From the NCBI RefSeq assembly GCF_964204645.1, contig NC_134025.1, positions 13,578,001 through 13,642,000 of the forward strand: a stretch of DNA of 64,000 bases, in the 5' to 3' direction. How positions within the stretch are numbered: position 1 is the first letter of the stretch; each line of letters opens with the position of its first letter. The position numbers were made by a program, and so were the translations under genes. Source of the stretch: Tubulanus polymorphus (taxonomy: Eukaryota; Animalia; Nemertea). The notes beneath the pieces are model-generated. The model was not told the origin of the DNA and did not search any database. It saw nothing but the letters and a program-made list of their open reading frames with translations. Below are positions 13,791 through 25,223 of the stretch, one piece after another.

Positions 13791-14550
13791 AACTAGAATG
13801 AGGCAAAGCCTCGAATGCCCCCGGCCTGAACTTCACCACCACGTGAAGTTACAGGGTTTGTGGTAAATGCGTGAGAAATATCATGGCCACAATAATTTCT
13901 ATAAGAATGACATTAGAGAACATGTGTACAAAGTGTAAAATATTGATCAACAGTTGCAGCCTCTAGGCTGTTTTTCCCTGATGGCCATAATTTGAATCGG
14001 TCAACAATGTGGTCTCTAGGGTGTTAACGTTGTTTTTCAGGTTGGCCCCCCCCCCCGGTAGCCATAATTTGGATCAAATTGACCCAATTTTAGATAGGGT
14101 TCTGGCCCAAGTGATAACCTACATGTGTACAAAGTTTGAAAACAATCGGTCAACAATTGCGGCCTCTAGGCTGTTAACGTCGTTTTTCATGTTGGCCCCC
14201 TGGTGGCCATAATTTAAATCGAATCTACCCAATTCTAAATAGAGTTCTACCCCAAGTGATATCCTACTTGTGTACCAAGTTTGAAAACAATCGGTCAACA
14301 ATTGCGGCCTCTAGGCTGTTAACGTCGTTTTTCATGTCGGCCCCCTGGTGGCCATAATTTAAATCGAATCGACCCAATTTTATACAGGGTTCTGGCCCAA
14401 GTGATATCCTACTTATTTCCAAAATTTGAAAACAATCGGTCAACAATTACGGCCTCTAGACTGTTAACGTCACTTGCGGCGGCGGCGTATACAGACAGGG
14501 GTAAATCTATATGCCCCTCTCAACTTAAGTTGAGCCGGGGGGCATTAAAA
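13791..14550 (-). mobile_element. Helentron-derived non-autonomous element (HINE/DINE-like) carrying a 145-bp tandem array
   Basis: One end has AACTAGA, the short hairpin GAGGC-AAA-GCCTC and subTIR AATGCCCCCGG. The other end has a (GCG)n microsatellite, the hairpin ATGCCCCTCTCAACTTAAGTTGAGCCGGGGGGCAT and TAAAA. Tandem repeats lie between. Confidence 0.75.
13921..14470. repeat. Tandem repeat, 145-bp unit, about 3.5 copies
   Basis: Unit TGTACAAAGTTTGAAAACAATCGGTCAACAATTGCGGCCTCTAGGCTGTT recurs near 14125, 14270 and 14415, with a degenerate copy at 13925. The paralogous ORFs 14119-14301 and 14264-14446 are offset by exactly 145. Confidence 0.9.
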
Positions 14551-15932
14551 TATCTATTGTGTAACTCAGGAGGTTACAACGACAAATTTTGATACAGAGA
14601 AAAAATAAAAAGGCACTTTAAAATTCTGACCACGGTCTAAATCCGCCCCTGATTGGAATGGGCTCAATGTATATTTCCAAGAGAGGCACCATTGTATACA
14701 TTTAGTCATACTAATTAGCACAATCAGAATAAAGCAGACACCAGTACTTCAGATTTGTATTGAATCGAACTGAGGTTTCCGAAGGTCATGAATCTACGAT
14801 GCAAATTTATCATCTTTTCTTAACTTTTTTTTCAAGGCAATCTTAAATGTCAGAGAGATATTTTGACCGCAGGGAGCCTATCAACAGGTTCTCACACTCA
14901 TTTTATTAGCTCCTTTACCTTATCCCTACGTTCATAATTCTCTTAAACTAAATTCGATAATATTCGGTAAGTTTGTATCTTACGGAACAAGGGAGCATTT
15001 TTTCAAAAGCTAATTGAGCATGGAATAACGGAAATTTGGAAAATCTCATTATTAATTGAAAAGGGTGGCACCCTAGGGACAGAGAGAAAGTAGAATACAG
15101 TTGAGTTTGAAGTCAAGTGAAAATTGGCTTAATTTGTTTTACTCAAGGCAATAAATGAGCCCGACATCTTAGCTATCTAGATAACAATTTCTACGCCATA
15201 GGTCAATGATAGTGCCTTCTATCAGTAGAGCAAATTTTACAGATCAATAAGTCATATTCGAAAAAAAAACTGTGCCACAAGACAAAATGACAACACTGCA
15301 GGTCCTCACAAAATGGGTTGAGAGAGTAATAAGAGATAGTTCCCCACAACCATATCCTGAATATGACCACAAGGGAGTCGACACCTCAACTCTCTTCTCT
15401 AAATATGAGCATGAATAAAAGGTCCCCCAATGAACTCCATCCCTTTACACAAAACCTATACCACACACTTTGAGTGCAAGATGTAAATCACACTAAGCAG
15501 CTAATCAGTGACAAACAAACCAGTGATGATGCCGACCTTGAAAGCTTGGTGTTAACGTGATAAGAAGCTGATTTGTTGATTTGTGTATTCTTCAGTGATT
15601 GGCTTCGGTTGATATATATGTTCGCAGAAAGTTACGGAACTATGTTGACGCCTGAAGTCGATGATACCCACATTGCTGATACCCACATTATGAGCAAAAT
15701 AATCGAGTTGGCTATCACATCAGTCAGTAATTAGCTGAACACAAGATAACGAATATTCTTTTCCGGGATTTCTTCTCAAACGAGGCCTATAAAAGCATGA
15801 TTTTACAGTCAGTTAATGCAAGTGCCTCTGAGTGCTGTTTGTGGGAACACACAGCACTCATAGAAAAAGATGAAAATCCAACCGGCTCACTATTATCATT
15901 CCTCAGTCAATGTAGTATTTCTTTTGTAGACC

Positions 15933-17128
15933 TTTTTTTCTTATAAAATGTTACCATAATGAAACCTAAACAATGTTAACCATTCAGCGTCATTTTACAA
16001 ATCACCACTGTTAATCGATGTGCCAAACGTCACAGGACTATGTGTACACATACAAGCTATTTGGCAAAATATCATTGACGAAGATGTAGAATGTCTTCCT
16101 GTGATTAAATAATGAGCCCGATTTCGACGTCGAAATATTATATTGCATTGAATATCACGAGAAGACGTATTGTAATAGTAATGGATGCATGATTATATCA
16201 GAAGCGGCAGGGATAAGTAGAAATGATAAGTAAATCGGATTATTCGGTCAAAATGGCGGATGTATACACGATGCGGAAGTCTGATATAAAAGTAAGACCC
16301 TGACGTGGGGATGCTGGTGGAATGACAAAGCGTTCTACAATCTGTATAGGGCCGGCGTGAATTTTTTCGGCGGCTACAAGCGGTCAATATGAAAATGTGT
16401 ATACATATGATTTCAATATTTAAATGTTTTAGAAAATATGTTCGATATTAGGGGTATGCAGGTTTCATGAAAACGATCATCCCGATTAGCAATTTATAAT
16501 AGCATAGCTGTCGTATATGGCTCCGCGTCCACTGATGGGATGTTTATCAGGGGACAATTCAATTCAATTCTTTATTGATCCGATTCCCAAATTCAATAAA
16601 GTTACAAATTTTAAAATAAGAAAATGCAATATACAAAACACAAGTTACAAATTTAAAAATAAGAAAATACAACATACAAAACACATGCGTAATTCATACA
16701 GAAGAACATAAACAAGTTATTTGAAATGACAAGTCTCCAGTACTTCAACCCAAGAACGGGCCCAAGAAGAGGATATCGAGTGGCAGCCAAACCGACTGGG
16801 CTAGGCCACACGATATGCTCCAAAGTCATGATGAAGCAGACATCAGAAGAACTCTTTCCTCAGCCATGGAGGCAATGAAGTTGCTGACCAGCTTAGAGGC
16901 AAAAGTGAAATGAAGTCGATCGTGTGACAATTTTTGATAAACAAATTAAACCACTATTTACAGTCGAAGGCCTGTATCACCTACCCAATCGCCAACTCCC
17001 ATAATTCCTCAAATTTCTCAAAACTTCGATTTCAAATTTGCAATCCCACATTAACTTATCCAAAAAATTCTACATTTTTTTTCGCAGGCGTCAAATAATT
17101 TATTGAAATTAATTTTTTTTTTTATGTT
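15933..17128 (+). mobile_element. HINE-like element, copy 1 of the TTTGACGCC family
   Basis: Collinear with 52825-53972 over about 1.15 kb. The right end CGCAGGCGTCAAATAATTT is conserved and the left subTIR is eroded. Confidence 0.75.
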
Positions 17129-17703
17129 AGCAAACTCCTTGTTTCAAAAGATATATTCCCAGGTGCGGATCCAGCCTACCAGTTACTGTCTGAGCGGTAC
17201 TCGTGGATTTCTCAAGAACAATTTTTTTTCGAGACATCAAACGCCAGGGCAGGTTTATTTTCTAAGTATTTTGGATCGATGTGTAGAAAACTCAATTCAA
17301 CATCCCCACGAATGCTCAGAATGCATCTGGAGGTGGTAAACTTCTAACATTTTCTGGGGGAGGACCCCTACATCCCCTTAGTAATTATGTGTTAAAGCAT
17401 TATTCAGGATAATAGCCTGGACCCGACCCCGATTCTGTACACATAACATGAAGAAATCCTCATCATTTTCAAACATTTACTGTATCTGATGAAATTAAGG
17501 AGAGTAGTATACTGTTAATCAAGATTTACTTTCAAACTCTGGTAACTCATCTTGTCCCCAGAAATTGAAATTCTTTGTTAAATAAGGTTTTCTTAAAGGT
17601 CATCGGCACATAAGAAAAAAGAATTAAATTTTGAATTCAGAAGTGTATTAAATGCTTGAAATCTGTTTTATTAGGGAATAAAAAAAAAAGGCAGACATAA
17701 TGG

Positions 17704-18358
17704 GGGTAACCGCTAAACGCCGAAATGCCGGATTTTTCCGGACTGCGATACGGACCCAAGATTACACCAGCGTTAAAACATTTTCATCAAAAATAAATGT
17801 TACACTCACATCATAACATTTTAGTTTCCTCACTTCGCGGATTGACTTTTGACGACTTTTCGACTATTTTTGTACTACTTTTGACATTTTGGCATCCTCC
17901 CCAGGCAGGGATTCAAACGCGATGCCACCATGTTCAAATCCCTGGAGAGGGAGGATGAGGAAATGGCGGCTGTTTCATTGTAGCAATGTCATGTCATCGA
18001 TCAGTGTGAATGCACAAGATTAAACTTATTTTCATATACGAATACTTAGTTTAGTTGACACTTTTTTATAATAAAGTTTATTCAAATATTTGTCATTGAA
18101 TATTTTCGCTATATGAGGAGAGACGAGACTCAAAAATTGATAACTTTTATCGTAGATGTATAAAATATTCTCTACTGGAATCTAAAGTCGGCTTCTGAAC
18201 CTAATGTAGAACATTTTGATTGAATGAATCATGTGGCAAGTGAGGTCCTCTGGTTGTCACGGGTACGTCTCGTAGGCCGAAAAATTCAGAGTTTCCGCGG
18301 AATTATAGATATCATTCGGTGTTTCGGCGATTGGAGTTTCCGTGTTTAGCGGTTAACG
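17704..18358. mobile_element. Mutator-like MITE with 9-10 bp TSD
   Basis: TIR core TAACCGCTAAAC...GTTTAGCGGTTA. GACATAATGG is duplicated at 17694-17703 and 18359-18368. Confidence 0.8.
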
Positions 18359-18482
18359 GACATAATGGTACTTTGCGTTGCTTCTAGTTAGTTCATAACA
18401 GGTCCTCCCTCTGATACCTGGGTCAACAGCCATGAATCTGATACTTCTTCACTCACCAGTGTTGTTATACTGTGGACACATA

Positions 18483-18661
18483 AGCGGTGTTTACAGGAGG
18501 ATTTCAGTACTGCACTAAGCTTTCACAAAGTCTGATTATTATTCGTGGTTAATTCAGTACTGTACTGAAATTACAAGGCTTCCACTGCAATTCCTCACCA
18601 AAAACCTAATCTCAGTACGGTACTGAGCGAGTCGCGTATTTTCTGTAGTGTGAACACTGGC
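18483..18661. mobile_element. Small Harbinger-like MITE, with an inverted relative at about 33990-34158
   Basis: Imperfect TIRs AGCGGTGTTTACA...TGTGAACACTGGCT. Internal CAGTAC.GTACTG palindromes are shared with the copy near 34 kb. Confidence 0.5.
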
Positions 18662-19848
18662 TCAAAGCAAGCCACATATTTTAGTACAGTATACTCAAAC
18701 AAGGGGATGAAAACGATGATAACATCCTTCTTGAAATCACTACCATCATCGGCATAACTAAGACGGGCTTATAAAGTGCCAATTTCTTGGTGAATGCAAC
18801 TAGCTCTGTACTAGGAGTTATCATTTGAAATCATTCAAATGATTAACTCCAAGCTCTGTAGGTGCAGATATCTATAGTTTACTACTTCTAATTGATTGTA
18901 TCATTGCATCATCTCTTAAACTATATCTATCACTCCTAAAATGGGATCATTGGATAGCCATAGGCTATACATATAAAATGAACTGGATGGAAGGTGCCTC
19001 AACTTGTGTGCACAGTCTCTGCAGCAGGCGCCTGGAGTAGAGATCCCTTCATATAGTTAAATAATAATAAAAACGCAACTTATTATATCAATTCATTATA
19101 TTATATCCCTTCATAACACTACGCCACTCGACTGGAACCATGCTCGTCGTGAAACACACAACATCTAAATAGGATGCTCAATAAAACTACTTGCTAAGAT
19201 ATTATATGTTGATGGCGTAACAAATTTGTCGGCCAATGACCTTCAATGATATGCAAGAATTATAGCAGACAACACAAGATAAACATAAAACAGTAACATC
19301 TCTCTCGGTCTTGTTTTGTAAATGTGTGTGTCACTCTAAATCATAAAACAACATTCACCAAAAAAATAATTTCAAAAGGAACATGAGGATCTCAAGAAAT
19401 AAGGAACATTGTTTCAATTATTGTATACAATGTCAAAAACTAGAGTTTCGGGTTCAACTAGCGAACAAATGTAAATAATACATATCCCCAAACCACGTAC
19501 AGTATCAACATTCCTCTTGGTTGAAAATTGCTATACAGTCATTTGGTTTCTAATAAGTTACTTCATGAAAATTGATTAATTGTTAAGATATCATTGCTCT
19601 GTATGGAATAAATACAGATATTGGTCAACCTGTACATTTTTGGAATCAAAGATGGCTATTATTAAGCCATCTTGGATTGCATCATTTCCTAGATTCGTCT
19701 TCCAATAGATGATATCATCTCACAAAAATTTAGAAACTCTAGTACAAAATATCAATTCTGACCTCAATTTCCTATACGATTGGCTATTAGCCAACAAACT
19801 AACTGCGAACCTCGACAAAAAAAATACATAATTTTCCATCATCACCAA

Positions 19849-19986
19849 TGGTTATCCGTAAAAATCCCCTGGGTAAAAATCCCCTAGGTAAAATCAACTG
19901 AGTAAAAATCCCCTTGGTAAATATCCCCTAGGTAAAAATCCCCTTGGTAAAAATCCCCAATTCTCCAAAGTAGGTAAAAATCCCCC
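19849..19986 (+). repeat. Array of ~15-bp GGTAAAAATCCCC units (left arm of a foldback/Mutator-like element)
   Basis: About 8 tandem units beginning GGTTATCCGTAAAAATCCCC. Same family as 6091-6676. Confidence 0.8.
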
Positions 19987-20185
19987 TCCTTCTGAATGTA
20001 GCGTAAGTAGATACAATCGTAAGGTCAATTAATTCATATCATTGATACATATATCCAATTCATTACTGTGGAACATCATAAGGATATCATGAGTATACAA
20101 GTATATCATATAAGTATATCATCAGTATATACCATTTGAATTGAAACATACTACAAATTAACAGTGCATTATTACTTAAGTACTT

Positions 20186-20668
20186 ACGCGAGTGGTAGAC
20201 CGTCAATTTTCTGCATACGCGTATATTACGCTATTTTCATGGCAATTTTCTAAATTCTAAAGATTTTTTAGGGATTAGAATCAGATACTTAGCGTTGGGA
20301 TTGGACCTAGTCCACAAAAAATAAGAAATGTCAAGAAACTTGTCTTATCTGACCTAGAATGTTCAATCATCGAACGCTAAACATGGGACCGAGCGCAGTG
20401 TCAATCGGAGAATAGAGGATAACTGCTAGGTGACACGACTTTATTAATACAAAGATGCAGTCTTTCAATAAAAACAAGCGGTCATTTTGAACACCAAACA
20501 TCGTTGCAAATCTGATTACGCTGGAGAGACACCAAGTGCCCTCAATTCGAACATGGAAACAATCAAACAATGATTCTAATCCAAAAAAAATCTTTAGAAT
20601 TTAGAAAATTGCCATGAAAATAGCGTAATATACGCATATGCAGAAAATCATTGGTCAACCACTCGCGT
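20186..20668. mobile_element. Foldback element with ~97-bp inverted arms
   Basis: 20186-20282 (ACGCGAGTGG...GATTAGAATC) is the near-perfect reverse complement of 20572-20668, with a spacer of about 290 bp. Confidence 0.8.
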
Positions 20669-20772
20669 GCGCTTTGCGCTTGACTCAACCGGTGGCCACG
20701 CTCGTATGTATGAAGATGTTTTTACGAATGCAGGATCAACAAAATCCTCAGATAAAACTTTATCTTCAGTGA

Positions 20773-21103
20773 AAAATTCTAAATTGTATCTCAAAAAATT
20801 AAAAAGTTACAGCCAATGACACAAAATTATCAAATTTTTTGAGGCAACTTCCTAAAAGTGACGTATCTTGTTTAAAATGTAACTGTGTTCAACCGTTGCA
20901 GCCGAGAAAAATGAAATAAACACCATCAGAAAATAGAAATTGTCACCTTTCTTATGATTCATAAGTTTAAATTTTGTGCCAAAAGAGGGATGGACAATAA
21001 TTAATCGCGCTAGCGGTTTTAGATTAAAAAATGTGAAAATCCGTCCAACAATGCGGGACCTGTGGGACCGCCTCAAATGGCGCCTGGATACTGGAAACTT
21101 CCC
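20773..21103 (-). repeat. DNA-transposon-like terminal segment, inverted copy of 24893-25223
   Basis: About 330 bp of reverse-complement similarity. Both copies stop at GGGA(A/C)GTTTCCAGT. Confidence 0.75.
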
Positions 21104-21691
21104 CATTCCACGTTTTATACAAGAGATTAAGATCTTCTTGATGGGCTTTGTGATTGTGAATCAACACCAATAAACAAACTAAATCAATTACAATAAACTT
21201 AACTATACTTAGATACATTTCGAGGGAGCTACTTTGAACAATGAGTCCTGCAGAGTCTGAAATAATCCGATTGGTTCCAGTCTTATCACTCCACACTTAT
21301 GGTATTTCATCTTTTTGGAGTTTCATAAAATGTCTAAGTTTTCACTATTGTATGCTCTTTTATCTGACCCAATACACATATATTGGTTAGCACACTGTAG
21401 ATCAGCAAAATTAGTGAAATAATCAGTGTTGTTTTTATACATTCTATATAGGCTATGCGTACTGAGTAACGTGTGCTTTTGTTGATTGTCTGAAGTGACG
21501 TCATAAAACATGGTGCAGCCGTAAAAGCATCCTATGAAGCATGATTGAGTGGCTTTAATAGATCCTCAATTAGAGGCTAATAAATGAATTTTTTCCTTTT
21601 AGGCTGATCTTAGGGTGTCATACATATACAAAAGTATCATTTGGATGTCTAATCTCAGAAAGTAAAATTTATAGGACATAGGACCTTTAAA

Positions 21692-22574
21692 TCCAAATTT
21701 TCAAATAAAAATTGACAACTCTCTACTAGAGCAAGTTTTTTAAAATAATTTCCTTGGCCTTAACACTCACACAAATCTCAACTGGACACCACATATCAAT
21801 AAAACAAACAAGAAAATATCACAAATAATAGGTATTATGAACAAATCAAAACACATCCTTGATACTAAATCCCTCCTAACACTTTATCATACCTTCATCT
21901 ACCCACACCTGACCTATACTAACCTGGGGACTCTTTCGAAACAAAGCAACGAAATGATGTTAGAATCAGCACAAAATCGTATCACACAGCCTACACTGAC
22001 CCGCTTTTCAAAATCTAAAACTGGTTCACCCTTTTCATCCAACAAAGTATGAAGTCATCGCCACAATATTTTTCATCTCTTTTCACCCTCGACAGATTTT
22101 CTACACGTACACTTTCAACTCCACTAAGACACATCCAGCTTGATCACACTTATTCATCACTATCAAAACAAACTGTACCTGACATCGACTCTAAATCTAA
22201 TATTTCCAAGATTCTCATAAAAATTTGGCGAAATCTTCAACTTCCAAGCAATTCATTTTCAACCGGTAAATATTTTCTCATAAGCAAAACAAAATACATT
22301 CTCACCTCCAGCTACTCTAACTCCCATCTCTACGATAACCCCAACTGTTATAATTGTTCCTAAATCACTCTCTTCACTTATCTCATTCCCATATTTTTCA
22401 TTGTCTTTCCTTGTTTTTTTCTTTTTTTGCTTTTCAAGGGTGCTTGCTATAGCGGCCTTTTGGCCTTTGCTTGGCCCTCATAAGAAAGCCGTCTTAATTT
22501 TATTTTTTTTCTGTTTGTAAATATTCTTATAATATGCTTTCTTATGAAATAAATTGAAATTGAATTGAATTGAA
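21692..22574 (+). pseudogene. 5'-truncated Crack/L2-group LINE (RT C-terminus, 3' UTR and (ATTGA)n tail)
   Basis: Reads FLGL...NLNWTPHINKTNKKISQIIGIMNKSKHILDTKSLLTLYHTFIYPHLTY, with frameshifts downstream. Ends AATAAATTGAAATTGAATTGAATTGAA. Confidence 0.85.
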
Positions 22575-24892
22575 CATTCTTATGTGAAATAGCAACGCTT
22601 TTCATAAAATACATTCACATTTGTAGCCCAAAATTAACATTTTAGGAAACAAATAGGGCCACCAGTCAGCCATCTCAGATAACATTATGACTCAATTCAT
22701 GTACGGATATATAATGTCATCTCCAAGCTGGCCACTACTAGATCTTGAATACTATTATTTTCAAATCAAATAGTGTCCATGCTATCACACACCTAACATG
22801 AAAGGATTTTATCTTAAACAGTTTTGAGTAACATGAATAGTTGAATAGTCACAAACGTCAGTAGCTAAACAAGTAGCCAAATTAGCACAAATAAACACAG
22901 AATCTGTTTCAAAGTTTTTCTTGCAATGTATGCTTGGCTTAGCACCACCAACTTTTTACTGCAATCTCTGATTCAGGGATCACTAATGATTTATACAACA
23001 GACTCCTTGGATATGACCTACTCGGAATTTAAACCAACTCAAACAAAAATCAAATCATTTTCTTTTTGACCTGCTTACATATTTTCCTATCCTTAACTCG
23101 GACTTTGAATATATTTTCCATACAAATTAGCAGTCTTCAACTTCCTACGTTTAATCTCAAAATTGTTGAACCATATGACAGCTGGATGAAACCATGGAAA
23201 CCAGGTTTTATACAGGATGGAATATGGGCGCAGGTAATATAATAACTAATATGGTAAAAATTACAAATCATAACATTCTAGTTTAATTTCAGCGTGTGAG
23301 AAAAATTTCGAAGTTCAACAATTTCGGGTATTGGACACCAATAGTTTCGTCAGCTTTGATGCAATGTATACATAACATACAGAGTCAACCGATAATCTCA
23401 AGACCTATCTAGAATTTTCTTAATTCCTGAAAATATCTGTGAGAGTAAAACTAGTACAAAGTTTTTTTTGCAATACGGGACACTTCCCTAACTTTCCCAG
23501 TCTCTATTCTTATCTTTGTTGAAAAATGTCTGATACTTGGGCATGTGAATGAATCAGTACCTATCCAAGACGAGTAATTTGATACGATCAAATAAAGTTT
23601 ATTAACTATATATTATAATAAAACAATATATTCGTTCTAACTTTGTGATGTTTTTTTTTTAATTTATCACCTAGCGCTATGTGCACAAATGCTCCTATCT
23701 CCTCAAAGTACTGTTAATGCCAAACTGTGAAAAAGAGCATAATAAATATAAACAAACTTTTACTCATTTGAGATTTTTAGTGCATGTATCACTCATTCTT
23801 TATTTGACACATCATTGCTGTTACGTTCTCCTTAATCAAAGTTTTTGATCAATAAAGACGGCATCAAGAACGACATCGACGATTTAGGGGAAATTTAACA
23901 CAAACGATCGTGTCTATGTTGCCTTTTACGATGACTAAATCTTATAATTCTTCGCAGAATTTCTCATCAATGAATCATCATGGCGAGATGATTGGTGTAC
24001 AAATTTATGCTTTATTCATCCCCCCAAAAATCTGGCGAGAAGAGGTTCTTTACCGAGGAAGTGAGCCACTGCATGATACGGCCATAAAAACGCATATTCC
24101 TTGTGTTGATCGTTGTGCAAACTTTAACAGTAGTTGATTAAGAATCCATCAGTATACTTATTAATAGGATAATAACCAACCCATCTCATATTTGATAATT
24201 AATAGAATGATGGTATTTTACTAGGCAGTGAGCGAAAAGTATCGTGATTAAGATTTCACAATAGACACGAGAAAATACTGCAAGAGGAAGGCAAGAAGCT
24301 GATATTGACAATGTCAACAACGCAGCACCGCTTACAAGAAATAAATCAAACATGCTCCCAGTGAAATTTCGATGATGTTGTATTCAAAATTCTCACAGTC
24401 ACATATTGTAGCCGGTAATCACGCAGTGCCACAATGGAAAACGGAGTACTGTCCCGAGGATATTCATCATTGTCACCATACAAAACAGACAAAATATTCC
24501 GTGAAACGTCAAGACCACCATCGGGAAAATGAACATTTACGTTTGATTAAAATGCTGAAATTACCCACCAATTCCATTCCATTGGAATCCTTGGATAAAG
24601 AGAGGATTGAAATAACCACAGTGACCCCAATTGCAGCAGGTATTTTAGCAGAGAAGCACATAGAGAAAGAAGTTTCAATTTCAAAACTTTATCCGTGAGC
24701 AATTGAAAAGAATTGGAAATTACACAACATGCAGCTATTCAGTCATTTTGATTAATTCTATTTCATGTGATGGAAGGCAGAATATGGAAAAACCTGAAAC
24801 ACAGGGTGCACAAAAAATCCTAATAGCTATCTTTCTCTTTTATTCAATGTAATCTCAATCGTTACGAATGATTCAGTAAATTGTTAAGAATA

Positions 24893-25223
24893 GGGACGTT
24901 TCCAGTTACCAGGCGCAATTTTGAGGAGGTCCCTAAGGTCCCGCATTGTTGGACAGATTTTAACATTTTTTAAACTAAAACCTCTAGCGCGATAAATTGT
25001 CGTCCATCCCTCTTTTGGCACAAAATAAAAACTTATGCATCGTTAGAAAGGTGACAATTTCTTTTTTCTCATGGTGTTAAATTCATTTTTCTCGATTGCA
25101 ACAATCGGATACAGTTACAGTTTATAAAATATACGTTACTTCTAGGAAGGTGCTTCAAAAAAATTGGTAATTTTGTGTGATTGATTGTAACTTTTTCATG
25201 TTTTGAGATACAATTTAGAATTT
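24893..25223 (+). repeat. DNA-transposon-like terminal segment, inverted copy of 20773-21103
   Basis: Reverse-complement match to 20773-21103, starting GGGACGTTTCCAGTTACCAGG. Confidence 0.75.

Larger units (their letters stand above)
13609..14651. mobile_element. Non-autonomous TIR DNA transposon with 5-bp TSD (superfamily unassigned)
   Basis: TIRs CAGGGGCGGAT(C)...ATCCGCCCCTG. Flanked on both sides by ATTGG (13604-13608 and 14652-14656). Confidence 0.8.

Noticed and set aside
13921-14470. Regularly spaced repeats as a CRISPR-like array
   Set aside because: The whole 145-bp unit repeats with no unique spacers, there are no cas genes, and the context is eukaryotic.
19849-19986. Short periodic repeats as a CRISPR array or iterons
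   Set aside because: The 15-bp units are directly abutting and the complement array exists at 6435-6676, so these are transposon subterminal repeats.
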